A stretch of DNA of 64,000 bases from Bugula neritina. Its lineage: Eukaryota; Animalia; Bryozoa. A program made the position numbers and the translations under genes. Below the pieces are notes generated by a model. That model did no database searches. It worked only from the letters and a program-made list of their open reading frames with translations, and was not told where the DNA came from. This document shows positions 1 to 12,408 of the stretch, in pieces (position 1 is the first letter of the stretch; the number at the start of each line of letters is the position of its first letter). The stretch spans positions 21,125,700-21,189,699 of the forward strand of contig OZ037768.1 in assembly GCA_964035545.1 (NCBI GenBank), in the 5' to 3' direction.

Positions 1-334
1 TTGATTATCAAGATGGGTTATTTCAATTTAACATTAGCTTTCAGCTAGATTTTGTAAGCATGATAGATATAAGAAATACATATTTCATAATTTTAAAACC
101 CGAAGGAAGCTCTGTTTTTTACTGTCAAAGGGAACAAAAACCACTGCATCTACTAAGCATTGATATCATAAAACAAATCATGTAGGTAACACAGCAATAT
201 GTCTATGTTATATGTAAAACAGTATTACTGCCCTAGAGTGGAGAGCTACACTAATTAGTTTTTTAATAATCTGTATCCAAAACACATCAGTTGGTTTTTG
301 AACATTAAGGCTATAAAGCTCTCAGAATAGTACA

Positions 335-620
335 AGTGCACTGCAAGTTTGGTGTAAGTTTAGTGTAAGTTTAGTGTAAGTTTAGTGTAAATGTAGTGTA
401 AGTGTAGTGTAAATTTAGTGTAAGTGTAGTGTAAGTGTAGTGTAAGTTTAGTGTAAGTTTAGTGTAAGTGTAGTGTAAGTGTAGTGTAAGTGTAGTGTAA
501 GTATAGTGTAAGTGCAGTGTAAGTGTAGTGTAAGTATAGTGTAAGTGCAGTGTGAGTGTAGTGTAAGTGTAGTGTAAGTGTAGTGTAAGTATAGTGTAAG
601 CGTAGTGTAAGCTTAGTGTA
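335..620. repeat. 11-bp minisatellite (GTAGTGTAAGT)n
   Basis: Direct tandem repeat; explains the LHLHYTYTTLT ORF. Confidence 0.95.
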
Positions 621-1407
621 ATGAATCCCCTACATGACATCACACATGACTCTACTAAGACTTGATTTTTCAGCCTATCACAAACTGTGTTATGTTAAAC
701 CAGTCTTCTGATCAAAGAGCTATGTTATTAGGTGCAGAATTGAAAATTTTTGCTCAACTTAGACTTTTTATAATTGCTTAGTTGGCTTTTGAGTTTGAAA
801 AGTGATTTTATTGTCGAACATAGTTTCATTCTACACAGCTCCAGTACTAAAACTAGTGGTTTTAGAAAACAAGTTGCAGCTTTATTCTAAACTTTGTTGA
901 GTTCCTGCTTCATCTGTGTTAAAAGTATTACAAAACCAAGCTAGACAAAGTAATTAATATATATGCCTATAATGTGTTATGTATATTGAAAAATTGCACT
1001 TTAGACCTTGTATCATAGATATCCAAATAATTTAATCAGTATAACTGTTATTATATATATACTACACTTATTCTAATAAGGTGTTTTTATTCATAGTATT
1101 GGTGTTCTATTTATAGGAGTAAAACTACCAGAGTTGAAACGTTTTACAAACCAAAAAAGTTGCCTATATAATAATTCCAGAAAGACAGACATTTATATTT
1201 ATACATGATGCAAAACATTAAATTGTCTTCTATAAAGTAAAAAGTAAAAGTAAAGTAAAAGTAAAACACTCTTTCAAAGTTAATCAGGTTGTTGATAAAA
1301 TTTTCTGTAAACATATAGCATGGTTTTATCCCTAAATTATCTAATCACCATGTATTTAAAAAGTGCATTAGCAAATTTTATATAATTATATATATATATG
1401 AATATAT

Positions 1408-1448
<41 letters not shown>

Positions 1449-1454
1449 CCTCAA

Positions 1455-1501
1455 TCTGTGGACAGCAGCTGTTTCGGGGTTTGTCCCCTCATCAGCACAG
1501 A
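1455..1501 (-). ncRNA. Type I hammerhead ribozyme
   Basis: Minus strand TCTGTG-CTGATGA-GGGG ACAAA CCCC-GAAA-CAGC T GCTG-TC|CACAGA: complete core, three stems, GUC cleavage triplet. Confidence 0.9.
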
Positions 1502-1726
1502 ACAGAGTACCATGGCCCACACCTTCGCAATAGTAGAAACTTATGTTTCTACTAAAGTATATTTAAAAGGTGTGTATACTCAAGCCAGAGAGCTCAAGTG
1601 ACTCTAGGGGTCACCTAGGAGTCACGAGCCTTGCAAAATGCTAGCAGCTTGAGTTTGTGACTATGGTGAGAGAGCTCAATCACTGAATGTCATTGCTGAG
1701 CATTGAATGAGAGCATAGTACCTCAA

Positions 1727-1773
1727 TCGGTGGACAGCAGCTGTTTCGGGGTTTGTCCCCTCATCAGCACAGA
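1727..1773 (-). ncRNA. Type I hammerhead ribozyme (second copy)
   Basis: Same as 1455-1501 with one stem I mismatch. Confidence 0.88.
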
Positions 1774-2128
1774 ACAGAGTACCATGGCCCACACCTTCGC
1801 AATAGTAGAAACTTATGTTTCTACTAAAGCATATTTAAAAGGTGTGTAAACTCAAGCATATATATATATGCATGCATTTTATTTTCTAAAAAACCACAAG
1901 TAGTTTAATTTGAGTAGTTTCAGTGCTCTGTAAACTCAACATTTTAAAGCTGTTGCACTGAATTCTGCATATAATGCTATTTTTTCTAATGCTGTAAAAT
2001 TTTTCTTGTATAAAAACTTTAAAAGTATATAACCAGTTTTTATATGATACATCTTTAAATCCATCATTAGGAATTAATAATTGGTTCAAATTATTATAAA
2101 CTTATAATAAAATAATTGATTTTTACAG

Positions 2129-2269
2129 TATCAGCAAGTTGACTAATCTAAAGGTATTAGACATGAGTTATACTGACTTTTCTGCTAGTCTACCTGATAT
2201 CTTCAGTTCTCTACTCTCTCTGGAGAAGTTGGGGTTGAGAGGCTGTGAACTACAAGCTCTCCCTAACAG
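2129..2269 (+). CDS. Orphan intact LRR cassette exon of a paralogous Roco locus
   Basis: 141 nt, ttacag|..|gtaaat; ISKLTNLKVLDMSYTDFSASLPDIFSSLLSLEKLGLRGCELQALPN; flanking intron modules are homologous to those at 31-35 kb. Confidence 0.75.
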
Positions 2270-2921
2270 GTAAATCAAAATTTATATCTTCTCTGCTATG
2301 CTATACATGTTATAGTAATCCTGTGCATAATATTTTATCCTAAACACATTACCAAGCTTTTTCTAAGTTTTTTACTCATATAAGTGTTGGCGTTCTACAA
2401 TTCACAGTTGCAAAACTAACAGAGTTGAAGAGTTTTATAAACTGAAACAAGCTTAGATTTATATGATTATTTGAGAAAAACATGCAGATGATACTTATGA
2501 ATTACGTTTTTTACCTATAAGTAATAAAGTAAAGTTGGTTGTATGCTGTTTATGAAACTCTCTGTAAACATGCAGCATGTTTTTATACATAAATTATTGA
2601 GTCACCATGTTAATCACCTGTTACTTGTAGCCAACAAAAATTTGTTAACTAAATTTATCTCATCACATACATGCATGCATTCTATTTTCTATAAAACTAA
2701 GTGTAATTTTGAGTTGTTTCAGTGCTCTGTAAACTGAACATGTTAAAGCTGTTGCACTGAATCTTGCTTTTTGTTAATTTTGCTAATGCTGTAAACTTTT
2801 TCTTGTAAAATATTTTTGGAAGTAACCAGTTTTCATAAGATACACCTTTGAAGCCATCAAAAGGAATTAATAATTGGTTCAAATTGATATAGACCTATAC
2901 TGTTATATTTGATTGTTACAG

Positions 2922-2969
2922 CATCAGCAAGTAGACTAATCTGAAGGAATTAGATATTAGTGGCAATAA
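2922..2969 (+). pseudogene. Broken LRR cassette exon
   Basis: Acceptor intact; TTG>TAG stop (ISK*TNLKELDISGN); then an abrupt junction into Gypsy pol. Confidence 0.85.
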
Positions 2970-5900
2970 GTACCGGAGAATGTGGCTGACCTGTATGATG
3001 GAGCCTGCGGGAACTGTAACAGTAATGCCGAGCGCCAAGCAATGGCTCAATTATTGATGGATTACAGTTATGTCTTCAGTTATGGAGATGAAGACATGGG
3101 CTGACCAAAGTGGTGTGTCATGAGATACTCTTGGCAGCCGGGACCAATCCCATCAGGCAGCCCACTCAACGGCTAGGCCCGGAGAAGAAGAAGGAAGTAA
3201 GCAGACAAGTGCAGGATCTTCTTGACCAGGACCTGATTGAGCCTGCCCACGAAGCGTTGAGTTCCCCCGTGGTCCTGGTCAAGAAGAAGGATGGTAGTTG
3301 GAGGTTCTGCGTGGACTACCGCAAGCTCAACAGTGCTGCTATCCAGGATGCTTACCCTCTCCCCCGGATAGACGAGTCTCTGGATGCTCTTGCGGGGAGC
3401 AAGTACTTTAGTACTTTGGATCTGCTGAGTGGGTACTGGCAGGTGCCCCTCAGTCCTGATGCACAGGACAAAGCAGCATTCATCACTCGCAATGAGCTCT
3501 GGAAATGGAAGGCTCTGTCATTTGTACTAACATCTGCCCCGGCAACTTTCCAGCGACTCATAGAGCAGATTCTCAGTGGACTACACTGGAGGACCCTGCT
3601 CATCTATCTAGATGACGTCATAGTTATCTCCCCAGACTTTGCGACTCATGTCAGTCGTCTGCGGGAGGTCTTTGACTGTCTTCGGACCGCCGGATTGAAA
3701 CTAAAGCCCTCCAATTGTACAATCTTACAGCCGGAGGTAAAGTACCTGGGCCTTGTGGTTGGCCGTGACGGCGTCGCTACCGACCCTGAGAAGGTACAGG
3801 CTGTGGAAGAGGTGACTGTTCCCTGGGACCTCCCTGAGCTATGCGCATTCCTGGGCCTGGTGGGGTACTATCATCAGTATATTACCAGGTTTGCAGGAGT
3901 TGCACAGCCTCGAAATCGGCTAACGGCTAAAGAGGTCCGGTGGCAGTGGGCACAGGAGGAGCAGCAGGCATTTAACCACCTCAAGAGTCAGCTAATGGAG
4001 GCGCCCATTCCGGCGTACCCTGACCCAGCCAAGGAGTACATCCTGGACACCGACGCCAGCGACCACAGTGTGGGAGCTGTTCTGTCACAAGTTCAGGGTG
4101 GAAATGAGGTAGTCGCCACCTATTACAGCAAGACTCACTCGACCGCCAAGAAGAACTACTGCACCACCAGGAAGAAGCTCCTGGCAGTAGTTAAGGCGGT
4201 CAAGCACTTCCAGCCATATCTGTATGTGAGAGCGTTCAGGCTGCGAACAGACCATGCATCTCTGATATGGCTGTGCAAGCGTGCAGAGCCTTCGAGCCAA
4301 GTGGCCCGATGGCTGGAGATTCTTGAGGAGTTCTCCTACAGAATTGAGCATCGTGCTGGAAAGAAGCACGGGAACGCCGAAGAGATGAGCCGGCGGCCGG
4401 AGGAGAACTGCAAGCAGTGTCTGCTTATCAAGAAACGAGATCGAGGACCCATCTGCCTTGATGTAAAGAAACAGCTGGTAGATGACAACGTCCATAATTG
4501 AGAACGTGGCCATCTTCGATCCGAACACCCACCGGACTCCGTCAATGCCCTATGGGCCAACCCCAAGCTGTATCAAAACGTCAAGGAGCTGAGCCAGCTC
4601 CAGCAGACGCTGCCAGGGGCAGTAGCTGACATCTTCCGGGCCAAAAAGAAGTGCTGCCGATTTACCGAGGAACAGCAGCGACATGGGGACGTCGATTACC
4701 AACACCTCTGTAGCCGATGGGATTCCCTCAAGGTCAGCAAGGATGGCCTCCTCACCATTACACTCGCAGCAGACAACCGCCGAGAGAGGGAACGCGTCGT
4801 ATGTCCACGCGCCCTCCGGCGGAAACTGATCTGGGACACCCACAAACAGGCCCATGCTGGGGCCAGTCAGGTCATCAGGTGTCTAAGGCTGCGCTGGTAC
4901 TGGCCCGGCCTGACTCGAGACGTACGACTGCGGATACGGCAGTGCGAGCTCTGTCAGGCTAGTAAGCATGGGCGCCTACGGAGACCACAAGTCGACGCCG
5001 GCTGTACCCTGGTCGGCCATGGCAGATAGTGGCGGTGGATCTAGTTGGACCTATGCCGTTATCTGCCAGAGGAAATACCGGGATACTGGTGCTCACGGAC
5101 CACTTCACTCGGTGGGCTGATGCTCTGGCTGTACCAGATGCGTCAGCTCCCACCATGACCCGAGCCCTGGATCAGCAAGTGTTCTGCTATTTCGGGCTTC
5201 CAGAACAGATCCACATTGACCAGGGCGCCCAGTTCCAGTACCAGCTAATAAGAGACCTCTGCCCAATATGGGGGGTGAACTAGAGCCGGACGACCCCATA
5301 TCACACGCAAGAGAACGGAGTTGTCGAGAGGAACAATCGGATGTTAGGAGATGTCCTCCGAAGTCTGCTCTTAGACAAGGTCAAGAAAAGTCGGATGTGG
5401 TGCTGCTCCAGATAATGCGGGCCTACCGCAGCAAACCACAATTCAGTACCCTGTAAACCCCAAACTTCCTGATGCTTGGTCGGGAGACCCAGGTCCCGGA
5501 GCACCTAACATATCATGTTCCCGCATCCGAGGCCCCCGTACATGAGTACGTAGGGAAGCTCATAGAGACCATGGAACAGGCCCATGAGGCACTGCAAGAG
5601 CCCCCCCTTATATCAAGTAGGAAACTGAGTGTAGATGGTGAGCTACCGCAGGCGGCGCGGACAGTCAGCTAAACTTCAGCCCAAGTCCGTGGGACCCTAC
5701 TGCGTCATAGAAGTTCTACCAAATTACACATACCGTGTGGAACGCTCGGAAAAGTCTCAGTCAAAACGAGCAGCGGTTAAAACCCTATGAAGGCAGCCCA
5801 GATGCTGCAGGGCAGGCACCTCCCTTGGCTAGAACCAGCTTGCCAGCCTATCTCCCGAGGAGGAGTGGCTTGACCCCGAGAGTGGGAGATCCCCGTTCAC

Positions 5901-6343
5901 GACTCAGTCGAACCGGACCAGGCGTCTAGACCTCCCCCTCCACCTGGTCCACCAGCCTCATTGGCTCCAGAGCTGGCCTCGGTACCAGGAAGTGCACCTC
6001 AGTCTGAAGGAGGTGGCCCAGGAATTATTTTTCTTATTACACCCTCACCACAGTCTGTGGTACCTGTGGAATTGGGGAGACAGGCAAGAAGTAAAAGACC
6101 CCCCGGTTATCTGGCTGACTACTACGTGGGACCCGTGGATCTACTGCCACTGGGAAATAATTTGCCTAGTACAGGCATATATTCCCATCCCCACGTGTCT
6201 GGATACCCTGAGAGTGAAGGAAGTTCCTCTGACGAAATAGAGTTCACATACCAAAGATCGGCAGATACAGAGTACGTGGAGTTGCCCCACCGAAATTCAT
6301 CGTAGATTATGACCGGACACGTGACTGCGAGATCGGCTCGTAG
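2970..6343 (+). mobile_element. Degenerate Gypsy/Ty3 pol fragment (RT-RNaseH-IN), no LTR seen
   Basis: YLDD, DASD, GPY motifs with frameshifts and stops; related to the full element at 37290-44791. Confidence 0.95.
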
Positions 6344-6423
<80 letters not shown>

Positions 6424-9400
6424 TTAAATGTGGTTTCATAGGGGGCTGCTCATAGGGGGCTTATATGCATTTGGTATATTTCGATACCATAGGGGGCCTA
6501 TAAACAGAGCCCCCTCTGTTATCAGAATATATCATATTATTTTTACTTTGAAATTGTCTTCTCATTTTTACTTTTTGAGTAATAAAAGCTATATTACATT
6601 TGTACTATGCAAAGTATAGAAACTCAATTGGTTTTGTTCTACTTTGTCTGCTATAATTAATTATCCAACAATTTCAGTTAAAAAAAAATTATTTTTCAAC
6701 TTCTATTCACACTATGCCATTACTCTCTGTAAGGAACTGATATAGCCATGCATTCAAAATAAAAAAAATTACACTTCAATTTCCTATGTTATGTATTTCC
6801 TTTTTAAAATCGAATAAGGATTTTCATGTCTAATAATTCGAAGTGCACCCTGTATCATCCTCATTACATTTCTTGATGTTTTGCTTATTCTTATATTTTG
6901 TTTAGGTAATGAAAGTTGTATATATATATTTTTTTATATAACAGGAAAAGTTCAATTAAATTGAACCAAGTGTATATAGTTTTAAACTGTAAAAACAAGT
7001 ACTTTGAAAAAGAAATTGCACGTCATTCAATAAGCAAGTGAAGTAAAATATTGTAATAGCAAAAATAGAATAGCAGTTAGTTGACAAAATACAGATATAA
7101 TTAATTAATTAAAAGTTGCCTCAAATTATTATAAGCCTATATTGTATACTTAAAGAATGAATGAAACGTATAATGTATATTTTATTTTAAAAATTACTCA
7201 ATTTGATTGCAGCCAGTTTATACTGTAATATCTAATATCTATAGTATTTTCCTGTATTAAAAAATATGTGTGTTGAGTTCATTTAGCTACCATGCATATA
7301 CCTACTATAATTCGGACAAATAAGCAAGATAAAACTAATTTCTAAACTAGCTATATGTTCTAAAGTCTTTTAATAAAAAACAATTGGATAGATAGCACCA
7401 CTATATAGGTATTATACTAAAAAAAACGGCCAAGTATGCACTTCTATTTACCAGATGCTAAACGATTTGCTTCAAAGGCTTATTTTTGAAGTTTTACTAG
7501 CTATTCCTTTCATTAAATCAATCGTATAGGTACAGTATTTTGCAGATTTCTTAAAAGTCTGCCTCGGTGATTCTTTGAACAGTTATATAGATAGCAATTT
7601 GAGAGCACTGTTTGTAATCAATCATTAAAGAACACGCAGAACACCATTGCTTTAAACTAATCTTAAGAATATTAGCACATTTTCTGCACTTCATCTTCAT
7701 GATGCAACAAAATGTCCTACTAATATTTTTGTCATTGCTAATATTCATTGAAGTACTAATGCACAATAGGCTGATAATTTTTTAATATTTATTTCAAAAT
7801 AATTATAGTATTCTATTTGAATTTACATAACAAAGAGACTTGTAATATATGATAAGATTAAACCAATTAGAATATATTTTTCACAATCATTTATATCTGA
7901 AAATGTACTTTGAACTGTGATTCTTTGCTATAGTGCACACAAAACAGTCGGCTAGTACACTTTCATATGCTCTAAAGTCTATAGAGATTAACTCAACGCT
8001 TCAGTAAAATATATTGAGTTAAAGCTGAATGTAAGGCTACTAATTATATGCTCTTTCTTCTCAAACCCATATCTGAGTTCTTTTTTTAAATGCTTTACGG
8101 AGCACAAATAAGAGCAACCCCTAACTATATCTTTCACAGTTGCTAATATATAAAATAGTGCTTCTTAAAAAACCTGAAGCTATGTGTACTAAAACAAAAT
8201 TTGAAAACCATGTTGTCTAGCCTTTTATAAGCTATTGAAACTTTTTGTTGGCTAGAAATGCAGCAGTTACACTACAAATTACTCTTTAATTGCAATAGCT
8301 TCAAAAGAAATATATTAGCAAGCTTCTGAATGTGCCTTGATTTTTTTTTCAATCTTTAGCAGTAACTTTTATAGATTTAATGTTAACAATTAGTGGTATA
8401 ATATACAAGCTTCTTCAAAACTGCTCCCAACTCTTAGCAATTGGGCATTTTGTTTGCATGAGCAGACGTTTCAGAACTCGTCTCTGTTACTGCTTTTACG
8501 TACTTTTTATTTAATCTTGTACTGGTAAACTACATTTTCTTACTGGCCTCACCTGGCATAAATATATTGACAATTCAAATATTGGCACTCAACAATTTGT
8601 AAGCTAGGATAGCAGTTTATGCACAATCGCACTATATATGCAACTGGTTCATCTCTCTTTTTGTCCTAATGCTAGAGAGACAAATCTAACATAATATTTA
8701 TGACAAGCACCAGATTTTTTCCTTTTTTTGTTGTTTGGGTATCAGTCTACTACTAGCATTACGACATAGCCTTGTAAACTAAGACAAGTAGACAACTTTC
8801 CTTCTACAATGTGTAAGTCATCTTCCATTGAAATACAGAATGTTTAATGCATGCTTTATGAACATCAGCAAGACTTTCCTGGTACTTTATAGTAATATAT
8901 TATTAAATTTTTCTTTCAATTATTTTCCGAAACTATTGTGTGTAACACAATGCTACTTTAAATCTTAATTAAACAACTTGGCTATATAATTACAGGTTAT
9001 TAACTAAAGCTTGCCAATTTTCACAAAAGCTAAACTTCAGAATAAGCAATTTTGGCTTGCTTTGTTGATAGCCTACCATGATAGAGAGCAATCCAGTAAG
9101 TTGAGTATTGGGTAAACGTTTCAATTTTTTTTAAGTTTCATCAACAGCTCTTTCAGTAGCTCTTTTCACAAATTGATAGAACAAAATAATGCAAAATATT
9201 GAGGTAGAGATACAAACTGAACAACAATGTATGGTGCTACCATTAAACATGTTTTTACTTTGAGAATATTTTAAAATTGATTTATCTTGTAAGAGCAAAA
9301 TGTAACAGGTATCTAGTCATAAAAAGCAATTTGAATCCTTCGATCTGCAAGCCAGAGTATGGCAAGTAAAGCACCCTGGACTATCAATAGGTTACAATTG

Positions 9401-10014
9401 CTAGATGGTGCTAGATAGTGCTAGTTCTTCATTCTTAAAGCCTAGGGCCTAGAGTAAATAGAACAGCCTACAAACTAATAAATAATTAGGTAACTGACTG
9501 AATAGATAGAACAAACACTGCTACACTGCAGGAAAGCTTCAAGTGAAACTATTAGAAACAATATAACAGTTGTTCTTTCCACAACTGAAATGTTAATTTA
9601 ACTAAAGAAAACTTTTTTTGATATAAAATACAAAATTATACAACTTTTCATGATTTATTCTGTACTTTATGATTAGTTTTGCAAAATAAATGGCTTGCTC
9701 TATGTTTCATTATAATTCAGCCAGAGCTGCACAGCAACATCAAACAGTTTTACAAAATGCAATTTATCTTCGTTAAAAAGATTTCTTGCTGGTATGAAGT
9801 TTCAGCAAGTTGAAAAAATGTGTTTAAAGTTTACATTAGTTAGGTATAATATTAATTCTTTGGGGAATTGCCAGCAAAATTGCTTCAAACTTCATGTCCT
9901 ATGTTATACTTATTGTAGTTGTTGTTGTCCTTATGTAGCCCTTTGTGTATCTCTATAAGGTTGGAGCCTGTTATTAGCTCTATAATGAAAGCCATTACCT
10001 CTAAAATTACTTAG

Positions 10015-12408
10015 ACCATGTAAAAGTCAGCCGATCAGCAAAGTGTACCAGGTCAACACCCCACTAATATAGCTTATATAAAATTCTGCAAGTTCAGTTG
10101 CAAAATGCATTCTTCTAGAAAGCAGTTGTGCAACTTTTTTTAAGTGCATTACTTTATTTCATATCTTAAATTTATGACACTCTGATGTATTTTCAAAACA
10201 TCTAAAGTAAGTGTGTATAAAATGCAATTAAAAATTGTATGTCTAAAAAAATGACCTAGTACACTTTTGCAGCTGAAGGCCAGTTGTTACATAACTCTTA
10301 GCTTTATTTGTTCTCTATTATACTAGTATGAACTCTTGTTCTCCAATATGCCAGCTTTTGGTACAGAACTCTGATTAGCTGGGTTTTTGAATGGTTTTCT
10401 AATACATACATCTGATTGCCTGAATAGTGTACACTCCGTCTACCTTTACATGGTGCAAGCTACAGGGTAGTATTATACCATCTTTCTGTTTATCAATCTT
10501 TTGTTCATAATAATAAATAGGCTATTTAGCAAGGATTTTATGGCGTGTAAGCCATGGGAACTACTAAAGAGGTTTAATCAACCATCACTGCTGCTAATAT
10601 TGCTTATGCATCTGTCCCATTATAGTTCTTTCTACTAAACTTTGAAATTGTTTCAATAAACATTAGTAGTTAAACCACATGTATTTATTATTTATCTGTA
10701 GGGTTTAGCAGTTTACATATTTAGAAAAGATGTTTTATATAGAGTATTCATCTATCACCTAAAGTAGTTCACTTGCTGTCTTGACTTATTTAGTTAAGGT
10801 TATAATTTAACATGCGACAATCCTATACTCAGTAAAGAATAAACTTTTTTGGTTGCAATTTTTTTTAGGAGTAAATTAGCTTCATTTATACTTGTCTTTA
10901 AAGTCTATCAAAAGTGACCACCTCATTACTAGTCATTGCCCGATAATACTTCAGTGTTTAAAGTAAGAATAATTTATACCCATTGCTTAAACACAACATT
11001 CATTAAAATTATTGTTGTTATAGCTGCATGGGTTTAAACCAGCTACTAAGTAAAGCAATAGTTGTTTGTCAGAAGTATTTGCTTAAATTCATGAACAAAG
11101 CCTTGTCTCATACAGCCAGATTACTATGCATAGTCACAACATTATGTAATGCATGTTGACACCCATTACATTCTGTTTGAATGGTAAAGTATTGGGTAAA
11201 ACCTTCAGCTAGCATTTCTTGAAAGTCCTATTGTCTGCTGGGATCTCTGCAATCTGCAGCCACCCTCTATAACTGATGAAGTCTAGTACTTTCTCTATAA
11301 CTGATGAAATCCAGTACTTTCATAGAAAAATTTCTTACGATATTTTAAAGCTATGAGATTAGATCGTGTAAAAACATTATGTTATCATAAGCAGCATAAA
11401 TTGCAATTTCTCTACACCAATAATTTATGTGTTTATAATTCATTGAAAGAAAAACCTATGTTGTTGCTAAACTTGCATTTTAAATCCTGCAAGTAAATAT
11501 AATATGACTAGTTCAACCTATTGTCCAAATATAAGAGACAAACAGTATTTTAGGTTCAGAAACGGCCAACTCAGGCTTAGCATAAGCTGCAATACACATT
11601 TTTTAAGCTATGGTATTGGTAAGCTGAAGAATAGGGTAGTCTAAAAGAAATGCATTTAAAAACTGTACATGATAGTTTACCAAAGCTAAATCATTGAATG
11701 ATTGCTTGTTATTTTCTATGAGTGAAGGAGGGATTTTATTATCTGAAGAAAATTGAATAAGTTTATATGAGAATATTGGTAGTAACACTATGATGTAGAC
11801 TTGCTATTACAAGCTAAAATATATACAGCAGAGAGGGTTGATAGTTCCCATGGCTTACATGCCATAAAATCTTTGCTGAATAGCCTATTTACTATTGTGA
11901 ACAAAAGATTAGTAAACAGAAAGTTGGTATAATACTACCCAGTAGCTTGCACCATGTAAATGTAGATGGAGTGTGCACTATTCAGGCAATCAGATGTATG
12001 TATTAGAAAACCATTCAAAAACCCGGCTAATCAGAGTTCTGTACCAAAATCTGGTGGCTCATTACCAGCTGGCATATTGGAGAACAAGAGTTCATACTAG
12101 TATAATAGAGAACAAATAAAGCTAAGAGTTATGTAACAACTGGCCTTCAGCTGCAAAAGTGTACCAGGTCATTTTTGTAGACATACAATTTTTAATTGCA
12201 TTTTATACACACTCAATTTAATTGTTTTGAAAAATACATCAAAGATCATAAATTTAAGATATGAAATAAAGTAATGCACTTGAAAAAAGTTGCACAACTG
12301 CTTTCTAGAAGCATGCATTTTGCAACTGAACTTGCAGAATTTTATATAAACTATAATAGTGGGGTGTTGACCTGGTACACAATGCTGATCGGCTGACTTT
12401 TACATGGT
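10015..12408. repeat. Inverted duplication of about 550 bp (10015-10563 vs 11842-12408)
   Basis: Reverse-complement match along its full length, with scattered substitutions and one 18-bp indel. Confidence 0.92.

Larger units (their letters stand above)
1447..1857 (-). mobile_element. Retrozyme-like / Penelope-pLTR-like tandem (272-bp period) inserted in (TA)n
   Basis: Direct repeats at about 1447-1586 and 1719-1857, each with a hammerhead motif on the minus strand; TA runs on both sides; no ORF. Confidence 0.8.

Noticed and set aside
371-643. HYTYTTL ORFs (also 23533-23875) and possible telomeric repeat
   Set aside because: An 11-bp interstitial minisatellite, not TTAGGG/TTAGG-type, and located within a duplicated segment.
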